From NCBI RefSeq assembly GCF_964204645.1, contig NC_134036.1:4432600-4496599 (forward strand): DNA of 64,000 nt, written 5' to 3'. Under the pieces are notes generated by a model. That model made no database searches. It worked only from the letters and a program-made list of their open reading frames with translations, and had not been told where the DNA came from. This document shows, one piece after another, positions 12,491-24,603 of the stretch (the first letter of the stretch is position 1; every line of letters begins with the position of its first letter). The stretch is from Tubulanus polymorphus. Its lineage: Eukaryota > Animalia > Nemertea. The translations under genes and the position numbers were made by a program.

Positions 12491-15400
12491 TCTAGTTGGA
12501 CAAATAGAAAGAAATTCACCTCGCGCTTCGGGCGATGATACCGAAAAAGGAAATCGATCCTTACGAAAATAGTCGCAACGAAGTTGGTCGAAACTTGATT
12601 CGTAGAAAAAGAAAATTCTGCGAGCGATTACTTCGGTTACTTCGATGCGAGCGATTACTCAATAAGCTCCATCATCTATAAAAAGTGTCTTCCTTATAAA
12701 CACGAAAATCATGATTCGATTTGGAAATAGTTCCTCTGCCGCCATTGTCTAAAATGCATCCAGTTTGAGTTTGTTTTGTTTTCTTCATTTTGTCAACACA
12801 CAAAAAACTGTTGTATTACAGTGCGGGAGTGCGCTTGATATTGTTTTTTGGACATCCAAGCATGCTTGTGGGACGTGACAAATTCGGGTATCGACCAAGA
12901 TTTTTGTTACCATAAAACAGCTGGGGTGTACTAATGGCGAGGTCTTATTATCAGCGATAGAAATTATAACCATAAAATAGCTAAGGGTATAGGGCCTACA
13001 GTTTGATGTCCGAAAAGGGAATATTAGCACTTAGCAGGTCAATCAAAGTGCCCTTTTGAGATACGGCAAGTTCTTCGCCATCAGTCCTCGGATCGGGTCC
13101 TGCAAATATTTGTTTGAATTCAGTACCTCGGCCCTCATTATTAGGAGACGTCCTGTTTAAAACGTGCCAATCTTTTCATCGAAATTAGTCCCTCCTTCAA
13201 ACTGTTTCTTTCGCAACTAACATACCCAAGCGCCCTCTCTACATAGATTTTCTAACTAACGCGCGCGCAAAAATTCATCGCTAGTTCGACGATTTACCGC
13301 AACGTGGCAGCACCGATCGAAGATGTTTTCATCTTTATGTTAAAATCGGGGAGAGTCGTAAAGAATAAGCGATAAATTATGCTCTCAGGTTTCTACGCAG
13401 AAGCGGATCCCGGAATTCGATAAAGAAATTTAGATACGTTTTTCGAGTCTCAACGCGATTCTGTTGCACAAATTTACGCGACGATATTTCAGAACTTCTA
13501 GAACGGTGAAACAGGCCATAATTACCACAACGAATTCTCAAAAAAAAATTTCTTTAAATATATTCCAATCGGCATTTCGGAGGATTGAATATCGAGATAC
13601 CTAAAAATTCCAGGCACTCTGGCAACATCCCAACCACATCTATAGCATATTTATCGTTATATTTCGTATCTCCAAGAAATGTAATTATTTCAGTGGAAAT
13701 TCATTTCCAGGGCGAAAGAGAAAAATCACGAGCGAGAAAATGAATTTCTATTTATCTTTTTCATTTTCTCTGACAGGGAACGAAAGGTACGTGTACAAGT
13801 TCTGTCGGGGTGTTGCCTGATAAAAAAAGGCTGTAGCGGTCACTGCGAAAATCCCCAAACCCCACCGGCTTAACAGACTACCTAGACAAAACTTTTTTTT
13901 TCTTCAAATTCAGTTATGAAATTTAACCCGAGATTCAAAATTCGATGAGGCTGCTGTTTTCAAATGTGTTTATGATAGCTAATCAGTTTTCAGAACGCCT
14001 CTTTCGATTGTCAAAACGTCGCTAATTCCTAAGTTGTTTCTATATGTTTGTCGTGTTTTTCTTCAAAAGGACAATCAATCGCTTGTTTAAATCGAGACCT
14101 TAAATAAAACTAGTTTATTTGTTGATTGTAATCTGCTTGTAATTGTTACATATGACATCCATCCGCCTTTTCATTGATCTATGTTATTTGTTGTATGAAT
14201 CTGTATGCGAGGGGAATGAATGATGTGTGATTGTGTGTGTTTTAAGGTGGCCCAATGCTCCAAACAAGCATTCTTGCTTTTTATTGGGCTATCCTTCACT
14301 AGATATTATAACATCTTTATTCGACTCTTTATTCATATTTATATGAAATGTTATGCATGACCATCTGTTATAATTTCTCTTGAAAATAAACTATATACAT
14401 ATATGTCGAACTGCCACTATGCCTCGACGTAATATCGGAGACGCCCTAACGACGCCCGCCGACGAATGAAATATATTATATTCGGAGTTTCGATACTAGC
14501 GCGCGCACGCAGCGTAAGACAAGTAGAACCAGTTTTATGAAATAATAAAAAGCGTCAAGATACGTTATTAATGTATCTATCATGTAATGAGGCGCAGGGA
14601 GGAGCCACGCGTCACGAAGCGCCGCCCTTTAAAGTAATAAATCTTCTTACAATCATCGCGTAGAAACGGAGGCGGGAACGTGCTGCCATTCGGCGGATCG
14701 AACGCGAACTATTCGCGATACAAAAACGACGTAATCGCTAGCGGAAAAAAGAAGTTCGGATATTGCATCGAAGTTTCGGCGAACGCGCCTTTAAAACCGC
14801 GTATATCGACTTATCGTTTGACATTTTTGAAATTGTCATCGAAAGCGCGCGCGCAGTTACCCTTTAGATAGAGAACTTGTGAAGTTTCATCATCGCTTAT
14901 GGAAACCAAACGAAAGTCGAAACGAAAACAACTCAATATGTCAACCGCACGGTCCCAGTTTCGAGTCACGTTTCAGTAAACTCGATTCGGATGAACAAGA
15001 TGTGTTGAAGTTTGATGACCTTTCATTTTGCGCATCATAACACTCATAACACTGACGAGCTAGACCGTATACACTTGTAATACGAGAGATGAGTTTCTAA
15101 ATATTCCCAAAAATCTTTGTAAAATATTATATACACTTTTACGGCGGAGCAGAAAAATTCGACCATGTTCTTTTTTATCGGTAACGCGGAACAAAATTTC
15201 CGACACAGTTCTCGGTCGAAATCTACCGACTGCGAAGTAAACGGAAAGACATTTCAATTCGAAACGAACCGATTCGAACGCAATCGAGAATTATACGGAA
15301 TTGAACGGGTCCACGTTTTAAAACCATTGTTCAGGAGGGATAATAGATTATCTACTCGTGGCGACCTCTTAATTTTCGATGTTATCTGGTTGTAATTGGG

Positions 15401-15654
15401 AAACCGCGACCTCTGTGCCCAGTTTTATAGAATGGCATTACCTTTAACCAATTCGTTTTCAGTTTAGAGTTAACCCCTGGATGGATGACGATACCGGTCG
15501 ATAAAACTGGTTCCTTGATGTTTACATTTACATCAAAATAATGGTAGAAATACAGTTTTGATATCATCATGTTAACCAAACACTGGTAACCTTTGAGCAA
15601 GCGCAGCCCCTGGACGAAAAGGAGAAATTTTAAATTCTTTTGTGAAAAATCTTC

Positions 15655-15945
15655 TCGATTGCCTCCCGCCCGAAGCTCACGCTAACGCAAACCCTGGCCG
15701 CAGACCCTTTCGGTCTAATACACAGCCCGAGATTTCTCGGGCGGACAGGTTGCCGCTCAGCGGCCACCAGTCTTTATATCTAGCCCACATAGAAGCGTTG
15801 TATTGATCGGATATCTGCCTGCGAAAAACAACGCATTTGATTGACTTTGAGTTATTGGGTGGTGTAAGAAGCGTCAGCGGCCAGGGTTTGAGTCGGCGTG
15901 ATCAGGGTTTGTATCGACGCGATGAAACCCTGGCAAGCGAGGACG
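15655..15945. repeat. Dispersed element with internal inverted repeat (aaaccctggccgc / gcggccagggttt); inverted relative at 39590-39815
   Basis: ggttgccgctcagcggccaccagtc versus gacaggtggccgctgagcgacgacc. Confidence 0.7.
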
Positions 15946-17194
15946 TAAAAGACACTGTCGCGAAAATGGCCATCGAATTAGCGGCGCTCGCTGTATAGAA
16001 TAACACACGATCATTTCTGAAGACGAAGAAGAAGTTGACGACGACGATGATTAGCACGTATCGAGTCGTTCAAAAAGCGACGACGACCAAACGAGAACAA
16101 TGCCGTGTCGCGTTACGAACCGGTTTTCGGCGGCGAGTCAGCGGGTTCGGAAAAAGGTAATAAGATGATGACGATCCGGATATTCGATATAGATCTCACG
16201 CGCGCACGCGCCACCGAGATGAACCAAAAATCAGACATTCTATATATTATGATGACACTAGGTATAGGTTCGACTGCGGCAATCGATGATTCCGCACGCT
16301 TCCGCCAGGTTCGCTATTAAAGTTCGCAAATTCGGATTTCCTGACTCAGATTCACTTAAAATTCCTTCGTTATTTCGCGAATTCTACGAATGGCGAAAAG
16401 AAAGAAATCACGTGTGAACGCCGAAGATTCATCAGATTCTATCGAAAGACTCGATTTGCCTTATATTTTCATATGCGAGGCTTAAACTACTGTAAAAGTG
16501 CTCTCGGATCCCGCGAGTTTTACGGAATCTTTCGGCCCCTTATACCCTGGTTCATTTGATATTCTAAATGATTTAACAGTTTATTGTTTCTCTTCTTTTT
16601 TTTCTAAATTAGAAGGTCTTCATAAAGGAATAAAAAATGGTACGGGTAAGCGTGGAAACGTTGGAAATAGTGAAACTCATTGAAAACGAACACAGAATCA
16701 AAAGCGCGTACGACTCGAAAATGCCGGGTCAGAAAACCGTAACCAAACATTCGGAAACTCCTGAACTCGAGGAGACGAATTAAAGAAAACTCCTCGAATA
16801 GAATGACAAGACATTTCCAGCAAATGCGCAAATGATGTCGTAGGTTGTTGAACGTCGCGATCGAGGTAGATTTCATTTTTCTGTCTTCGCGGCAGGTGAA
16901 GGAAGCGACGACGGCCTTTTCTTAAAAAAAAATCGCCATCATCGTCAGTTGTGTCGTTCTTAAGGACCGGTAAAAGATATAGCGGAACAGAAAAGCTTGT
17001 TCCGATGCCGCTGCTGCTGCCGCGGAGGTGAGTCGAAGCGAGCGCGGCTGGTGCGCTAAAGCTCTTCGGTTTCCACGGCAACCGGCCGAATTCGATGAGC
17101 TTATTGTTATCCGCTGCGCGCGTTTCCACGGCAACGTCGGCTAAATCTGCCTGAAGTTCGCCGCCGAAACGGTTAGATCCGCGAGAACGGCGAA

Positions 17195-17735
17195 AAAGAG
17201 GCAGAGTGATAAAAGAAGGAGAGGGGAGAGGAAAATGGGAGTGAGGGAGAGGAAGAGGGACATGGGTTGGAGAGGGGCAGGGAAATGAGATGGGTAGGGA
17301 ATGGGAGAGAGATTGGGATAGAGAGAGAAAGGGGCAGGAAAAGGGACTGGGAGTGGGTAGTGGGAGAGGGAAAAAGACATGGAGATGGGCAGGGAGAGAG
17401 AGCGGGAGAGAGAGGGGAACAGGGAGAGGGAGAGGGAGATGGCGAGGGAGAGAGAGGGAATTGGGAAAGGGGGTGTGAGAGGGGAGTGGTAGAGGGTCAG
17501 GGACAGGAAGTTGGAGAAGGAGAGGGAATGGGAGACGGAGATATCGACGGAAATAGAGAGGGAATATGGAAAGGAGCAGGCCGATAGGGAGAAAGAGAAG
17601 GCTGAAAAGGAGAATGGGGGAGTGGCGTGAACGGAAAGAGATTGGAAAAAGTGAGAGCGAGTGAGGAGAGTAGGAAGGGAGAAACAAAGAAAGAAGCGAC
17701 GGAATATATGGGAGAAAGAGAAAGAGAGAAGTAGC
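17195..17735 (+). repeat. Long GA-rich low-complexity tract
   Basis: About 540 bp, strongly G/A biased; it produces the spurious Pro/Leu/Ser ORF at 16698-17687. Confidence 0.9.
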
Positions 17736-18224
17736 TGTAACGATCAGTGTCGTCGCTCAGTGGCTGTCACCGAAGCTCGGGAGGAAATCGGATCGGCGAA
17801 CAGTCAGCACGGCGCGTATTCAGTTTCCCTCTCTGTGAAGTTTCGACGACGGCGACGGTAAATTGAATACGAGAAATACAATACGAACGCAGGTGAAACG
17901 CGATAGAATACCGAGAGAAAAATAAAACAGCAACAGCAACATCATCATCATCATCATCATCATCGACGACGACGAACACGACGCCCGCATCCGATACCTC
18001 TCTCTCTACCTACGAACGCACGGCGCGCACGACACAAATCCGCTCGGGAGATACAGTCGGAGTCGAGGTCCGTTCCGAGAATGTGAAATTTCGATCCGTC
18101 GAATTTTCTGAGAAAACGAAAAAAGTTAACGAGTAAAATGACGAAAACGCTTTTATCGAAACGCTTTTGCGAAAGAGAAAAATGATAATCGGCGTCGTGT
18201 TCGTACGTTTGGAAGAGATTCGAA

Positions 18225-18460
18225 TCGACGGGATTCGAACCCGATGAATAATTTGCATATTCAGATGAGATGATTCGTGTTCGAATCTAATTTCTTTAAA
18301 AGATTATAAATCATCAAGGGGGGTTTTTCTAATGATATACAGAAATGCGGCATCCTTTTCAGAAAAAGAAATAAAATGCCAGGACTCGAACCCACACAGT
18401 CCAGTAAATTTGCATATTCAAATGAGAAGATCTGGGTTCGAATCCCACACCTAGGAATAA
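18225..18460. repeat. Two copies of a unit with opposed B-box-like motifs flanking ATTTGCAT
   Basis: gggattcgaaccc...atttgcatattcagatgag...gtgttcgaatc and ggactcgaaccc...atttgcatattcaaatgag...gggttcgaatccc. Confidence 0.55.
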
Positions 18461-21284
18461 TTTAATTTCTATCGAAACGGGTATTTTGAATAGGGTCGAT
18501 TTCCGTCTACTACTGTCCAAAGCATGATTTTGCCGTCTAGCACGTAACACCAGTTCCAGTGGGCATGCAAACGCCTCTATCAATATAAAATAGATAGAAA
18601 TGAGTATCTTTTCTCAATTAAACTTGTACAAAAGACAACAGTGCGTGAAATTGATCAAAAGTTGATGGTTCAGGTCAACTTCCCGCCAGTTCGAGTCATT
18701 TGAGAACAGGTTCACCCAAAACGAATAAGATTTATCATCGTTGTCGACAAGAAAACAAATGATGAAACGGAAATATGTTGAGATGTGCTTTATTTGTGAA
18801 ACTGTGACAAGTATATACGAACTCCGAAAATTGACTGGGTCTACGGCACCCCCTCGCTATTTCGCTTTCAATAGAATAAGCAAATAGTCCTCGTACAGCA
18901 GAAATCCCTCATCAGCAATATGATATCGTAAACATGCTTCCTTTTTTTTAAAATCCGTTACCGTATCCTGCGAGCGAAGAACCGGGAACAATAGGACGAG
19001 ATGACGTGTATATATGTACGAACAAACAACGGTATTGATACCGAAAACCGACCGGGTCGGATTAGCGAGCGCGCGAGAGAGACCTTCGAGGGAAAGAGTG
19101 CCTTCGGAAAAAACAGATGAAGCGAGGAGAAAAAACCGCGCGTTCGGCAGAACAAAAACGCCGAAAAACAGAATTCGTTAAACGCGCGCGCGGTAAGCTG
19201 GAGAAGCTGCGCTTTATTTAGTTCTCCTGTTACCCGCGGGGATGGCGGATTAGATTATAATGGAAGACGATATTTCAGTCGGCGAGCGTTGAATAAATCA
19301 TATCGTTAGATGCACGATGACGATGACAGTTGCGACGGTGAAAGGTTTTAGCAAACGTAAACGCAATAGCTTTCGTTTTTTTAATAGTTGTTGTTGTTGT
19401 TCGCATAGATATAAGCTATTGTGGTGTCTAGTTTGATTTGCGTGAATAATTGATGGCAGCCATCTTCTAACTAAAGCATTTGCACACGGGAAGTTTTTCC
19501 CTGAGGTTCCGTGAAATATTAGTAAAATTTTAGTAATAGAATAGAATTCAAATTAGCATACGATGACGTATGGAAATTATTTCGTAGCCGACATATAAGT
19601 AGTAGGGTTTACTTATCAATTTCTCATGTCATATACAAGTTATATGGAAAGCGTTCACTCGATAAACGATATCGATATCACGATCATCCGGAATTCGGTT
19701 GGCGCCGTTCAACTCTCAACTCGAATCTTCCAATTCCGGTGAATGTTTCGAGAATGCATCTGCATGAGATTGGTCTTTCGACCATCATCGATCGGAGAAT
19801 ATTGCAATTCATTTTGCGGTTCTACTATTTCGTTTTGACGCTACAAACGCGCCGGACCTAGATTGATTTCATTCTTACATTTCCGATGTTAAAAATCTGG
19901 GGCGCTAACAGCGATTTCCTAACAGTGTGGTATATGGTCGGTTAGGGCCACTGTTAGTCAAATCCTCACCGAGAATTAAGCACTTGAGCAATAAAGCCAA
20001 TCTAATAACTCAAGACCAGTCTAAGCACATTATGGTTCTTTGGTCAAACTAACAACTGAGGACCAGCGCATTTCGGTTATATACCCGAGCTACCGGTCTG
20101 GGATCAGTCAGAAAACGTGTTGATTCTTCATTCAATCTAAAAGCAGTGGTCTAAATACGCGTTCGTTATATAACCAATCTAACAACATAATATGACCATA
20201 TTACATATTACTAAAAAAATACATATATCATATTATATTATTACGTAATATGAGCATAGTATGTCATATTATGACCGGTCTAATCCTGCGTTGGTTCTAT
20301 ACCGAATCCAACAAAAAGGTCAATTTACGATTCATTCAATAGATTATTCATAAGATCTAAAAAGAAAAAAAAGAATATTTCCATGTTGCCGTATACGAAC
20401 AACTCAATACCGCCTAAACGAATTTCCGTGTAAAACCGTCAACATTGTGGGAACTTTATCTATACACCATACATAAAAAAAACCCAAAATATTGACGAAA
20501 TGATAATCATTATGGAATTCGTTTGCCTGGCGTTTTGGAAAGATGGCTTCTTTCCATCTTCGCAGAGAACTACGACTCATCAGTGTAAACTGATCTCAAC
20601 ATCGATGCGTAACCTACATAGAACGAAGGTAAACTTTGAAGCCGCATCGGTTGAGCTGAAACCAGGAAATTGAATTCGGCGCCCCACTGACGGCCTTGAT
20701 CTTCCAAAGCCGGTGCGAAAAAAGACGAGAAAACAGCGACGACTCGAAACTGAATTAAACACGGGCAGAGAAGCAGACACCAGTTCGAAGCGAAAATGAA
20801 ACACTTCGAGTTCGCGTCGAAAGTCTCAGTAGGCGCGGACAACGCGACGGAACGGAAAATATATATCGGACGACGGCGCGGACCTCGCGAACAGCGAGGC
20901 GATTGATTGACGCGAGGCTTTCGCTTTGAAGCGTTCGACGAATTCGGACGCGTCGTCAGAGACGCTAACTGATCAAGGGCGACCGGTTCCTAGCCCTGTC
21001 TTTACTTTGATCGCGGCGCAAAAACGCAAACATCGATGCGCTAGCGAAAAAAGAAACCTTTTCGTCCGTTTTTCGAAGCGGGTCCTTGAGAATATTCGAG
21101 AATCGCTTTACCTTTCTGATTCATCGGAGGCGTTTACTCGAAAACGGGTTAGCTGTTTTAATGAGGCGCGCCGACGAACAGGCCACGCCCCTAATCTTTT
21201 GTCGCTTATATACGACATACGCTCGTAGATTCACGATTGACAGGTATGACTCAGCGACTCGATATTTCACAACAAATTTTCTTT

Positions 21285-21565
21285 AACAAGTTCAACGATT
21301 CGGTAACATTATGATTAGTTAATAATGACGACCTTCTCATTCTCGATAACTTCAACGATTCAGTAAAATTACGGTTAGTTACTAATGACGACCTTCTCAT
21401 TCTCGATAACTTCAACGATTCAGTAAAATTATGATTAGTTACTAATGGCGACCTTCTCTTAGTTACTTATGACAACATTCTCATTCTCGATAACTTCAAC
21501 GATTCAGTAAAATTATAATAATTAGTTACTAATGACGACCTTCTCGTTCTAAATAACTTCAACAA
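21285..21565 (-). repeat. 60-bp minisatellite (~4.5 units), inverted copy of the 48350-48835 array
   Basis: ttcaacgattcagtaaaattatgattagttactaatgacgaccttctcattctcgataac repeated. Confidence 0.9.
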
Positions 21566-22461
21566 GTCAAAACAATTTTGAAGCTCACCCGAGCTAAATC
21601 ATCACGACAATCAAATTCCACTCATCATCTTCTGAAATTCGTGATCCTAGTTTTTAATTTCGACTTAGAGCCTTAATTGAGGATGAAATAACCATGACAA
21701 ATCAACACCTTTTCTAACATCTTATATTAGCGGTATGGTTTTTCTGACCGACTGGTTTGGAGCTCGGCTATCAATTTGTACTGATGCCTTTATACTGTAT
21801 AGCCCACCGCCGTGCTACTATATACATTTGCACTAGACGGATAAACGCTTATTTCAATTCGCGCGGCCTGACGCATCAATTTGTCCGATCAATCGGATAT
21901 GATCGACTTGTAAAAATGATTGACTATATTTATCTTAACATAAATCAAACTGTCACGTATAGCGCCGCCGCCGCCGACACCGGCACCGGCGCGATCGTGC
22001 AGCAGCGGCAGTAGAGAGCTGGCGAGAGAACGATACACGCGACGTGGCCGCGATCCATTTAGTAATAACTGCCGATTGAAACTGGTAATCGCGTAATTGG
22101 AAATGAGTATCAATTTATCTCCGAGTATTAAGGATATATAGTATATAATATATCACCCTCGCTCGAAACATCGAGGTTTCTACTTTCTAAAAAAGCCAAG
22201 CTTTCAACCTGTTATGCACACTCGGCTCAACAAGCTCCTGGACAACACAGATATCACAATGGTTTCTATAAATTATCACGATGCGGGCCTTCCCATATAA
22301 CGATCAGTTTTTTTCTGCAATTTTCTAGAAAGTTTGCTACACCCCCTTTAATTTCCGAAGCTAGTTTTTCTTGATTCAGTCATTATAAACTACACACCCT
22401 ATTTCATTCTATAAGAAGCATGTGTTCGTATAATAAATCATGTTATGTTACATGTGTATTA

Positions 22462-22769
22462 CAGGCGTGTGCCGAGAGGGTTGGGGGGGGGGGGTAGCGC
22501 ACAAAACCCCCTAAATTTTCAAAAGGGCCCTTTAACGTGCCAGTGCCAAAAAATTCGGATCAAGATTTTTCGAAATAATGATGTTTTTTTTTCTTGAAAA
22601 TGAAAAGCAATTCCATTCTAAATTGATTTATTCAGGTACCCGGGCACTTCATACTCTAAAGAGCTGCCCTTTTGTAATAAGAAAGTGCCTTTTTTAACGG
22701 TGAAAATGTGCCTTTATTCTTGTTATTCTTGGAATAGAACAGCCCTCGAAAAAGCTCGGCACGGGCCTG
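22462..22769. mobile_element. Non-autonomous DNA transposon (CAGG-terminal, hAT-like) with 15-bp imperfect terminal inverted repeats
   Basis: CAGGCGTGTGCCGAG ... CTCGGCACGGGCCTG; no clear target-site duplication. Confidence 0.6.
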
Positions 22770-24404
22770 TCTTCATATCATTAGGAGAAACCCCCAATAT
22801 CAATTTTTAAACAACTGTGACTATTTATTTTCTTAAGTTGCTTCAGAATTCGACGGTATATTCACTTCGTACAAAGTAGTTGCGATTAAATGGAATGAAT
22901 GAATCGGAGTTACTCGGCGCGAGTTTTACTACTACGACTACAAATACGCTCGCTACGTCAATCGCGCGGTCTGAACGAGAATCGTGACCCGAATCGAAAT
23001 ACGGTAATAAACAATACCGCTCGTACCGGTGCAGCCCGAAATAACCGCCGTCTCGCAGATATACACGCATAAAATTAGACGTCCTTCACCGAGTACCGGA
23101 ACGGCTTTCCCGAAACGCGAACGCTGGCTGAAGCGTCGATGAATCAAAGTTTAATGTAATTTTTAAAGGGCAACTTTTGTGCGCCTATATACGGAAGCTT
23201 CTGTTGAGGGTGAACTCGACTTAATTACGTAAACGCAAGAACGGTATAGATTGATATCATACATTTATATCATAAACTTATTTTATATTTTATTATAAAT
23301 GTTTTGTAGCTTATGTCACAAGAGATGTCACAGTAGCTTATGTCACAGGAGATTGTAGCTTATGTCACAGGATGTCACAAAACGATTATCAAGTTCGCTG
23401 CTGTGACGAGGTTCCGCTGTAGTGAGTCAAACTTAAACGATGCACGTTTTTCGGCGAAACTACGATTTTACATTATATTTTTCTATTTCGCATCGAAGAT
23501 AAATGGACGAGCAGAAAAATAAGACGAAGAACGGGGAAGAGAAAGTATAGATAAAAAGAGAGATGAACTCCCGAGTTGTATGGATGATAACCGACGAAGC
23601 CATTAGTTCAACACGCGACGCGCTTGTACACTTCAAACGCGGCAGCTTCGATCGCGTCGAAAGACCTCGCTCGTAATAGCGCGTCGTCCCGGACCGACGA
23701 CTCGTTTTTTACATCGGCCGAAATGTGCGCCATTTCCCACGACGAGATTCGCTCGATGCGACATCGACGACGGCGCGCTTTGTTCTCGTTCCGAGACGAC
23801 GGCGAAACAAGGTAAGCCCATTTCGCGGCGGCTGCGCGCGCCCGCGCACGAGCAACGAGCGGTCGATACCCACTCGCGCGAGCGCGCGGCTATCGGCGAC
23901 CGAAACGGCGAGCCGGCGAGCGCAATGCTCTTAAGACGACCAACTAGGGCCGTGTTTTCGAAATGCGTAACGACCGTCGAAACACGAAATGTACATTTCG
24001 CATTCCTTTAATGTGTAATTCGATTTGTTGTCGTCGATGCGTCGTCGTTTTGGCCGAATCGATGCCTTTTGCGGCGGTTGGAACTTTTTCCCGGGTACAA
24101 TACTCGGCCCGAGAGAGCACTAAGATATCATTCGATTTAGAAAACAAACCCCTTTTTCTACAGAGAGCCGTTCTATGCATGTTACGTGACAATCATTCAC
24201 CCGGAATTAGTGACTCAGCTAAAACAGCCGGGCAAATGGGCACTCAAGAAGTTAGATGGATTCTTTTCAAGTCTCACACAAGTCCCCTGGACCAGCCCCT
24301 TTGAGAACGTATTACCAGTTGCCACGGTTGACGTCATAGGGTGAAACAAGCAGTCAGCCATCTTTAGTATGGATCGAAAACCATTTTACCTTTATTTCAG
24401 ATGT

Positions 24405-24603
24405 AAGCCCAACGCACATGGCAAAACATTTGTTTAGCCGAAACAGAAACACATTTTTCAGAAAAAGTTTTTTGCTCGTGAAAACGTTTTTCAGTTCGGT
24501 GTTTTTTTGTTTTGCCTCCCCCGCACAGGGCATAACAAAAAACATCGAAAACGTTTTTTCACTATGAAAAAACGTTTTTTTCGGTGCCGTGTGCGTTGGG
24601 CTT
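24405..24603. mobile_element. ~200-bp MITE
   Basis: Terminal inverted repeats AAGCCCAACGCACATGGC / GCCGTGTGCGTTGGGCTT, with internal aaaacgtttt palindromes. Confidence 0.75.

Noticed and set aside
16698-17687. 329-aa ORF, the longest in the track (similar ORFs at 38874, 56970 and 60366)
   Set aside because: It is produced by stop-poor purine/pyrimidine low-complexity sequence and has no recognisable domain.
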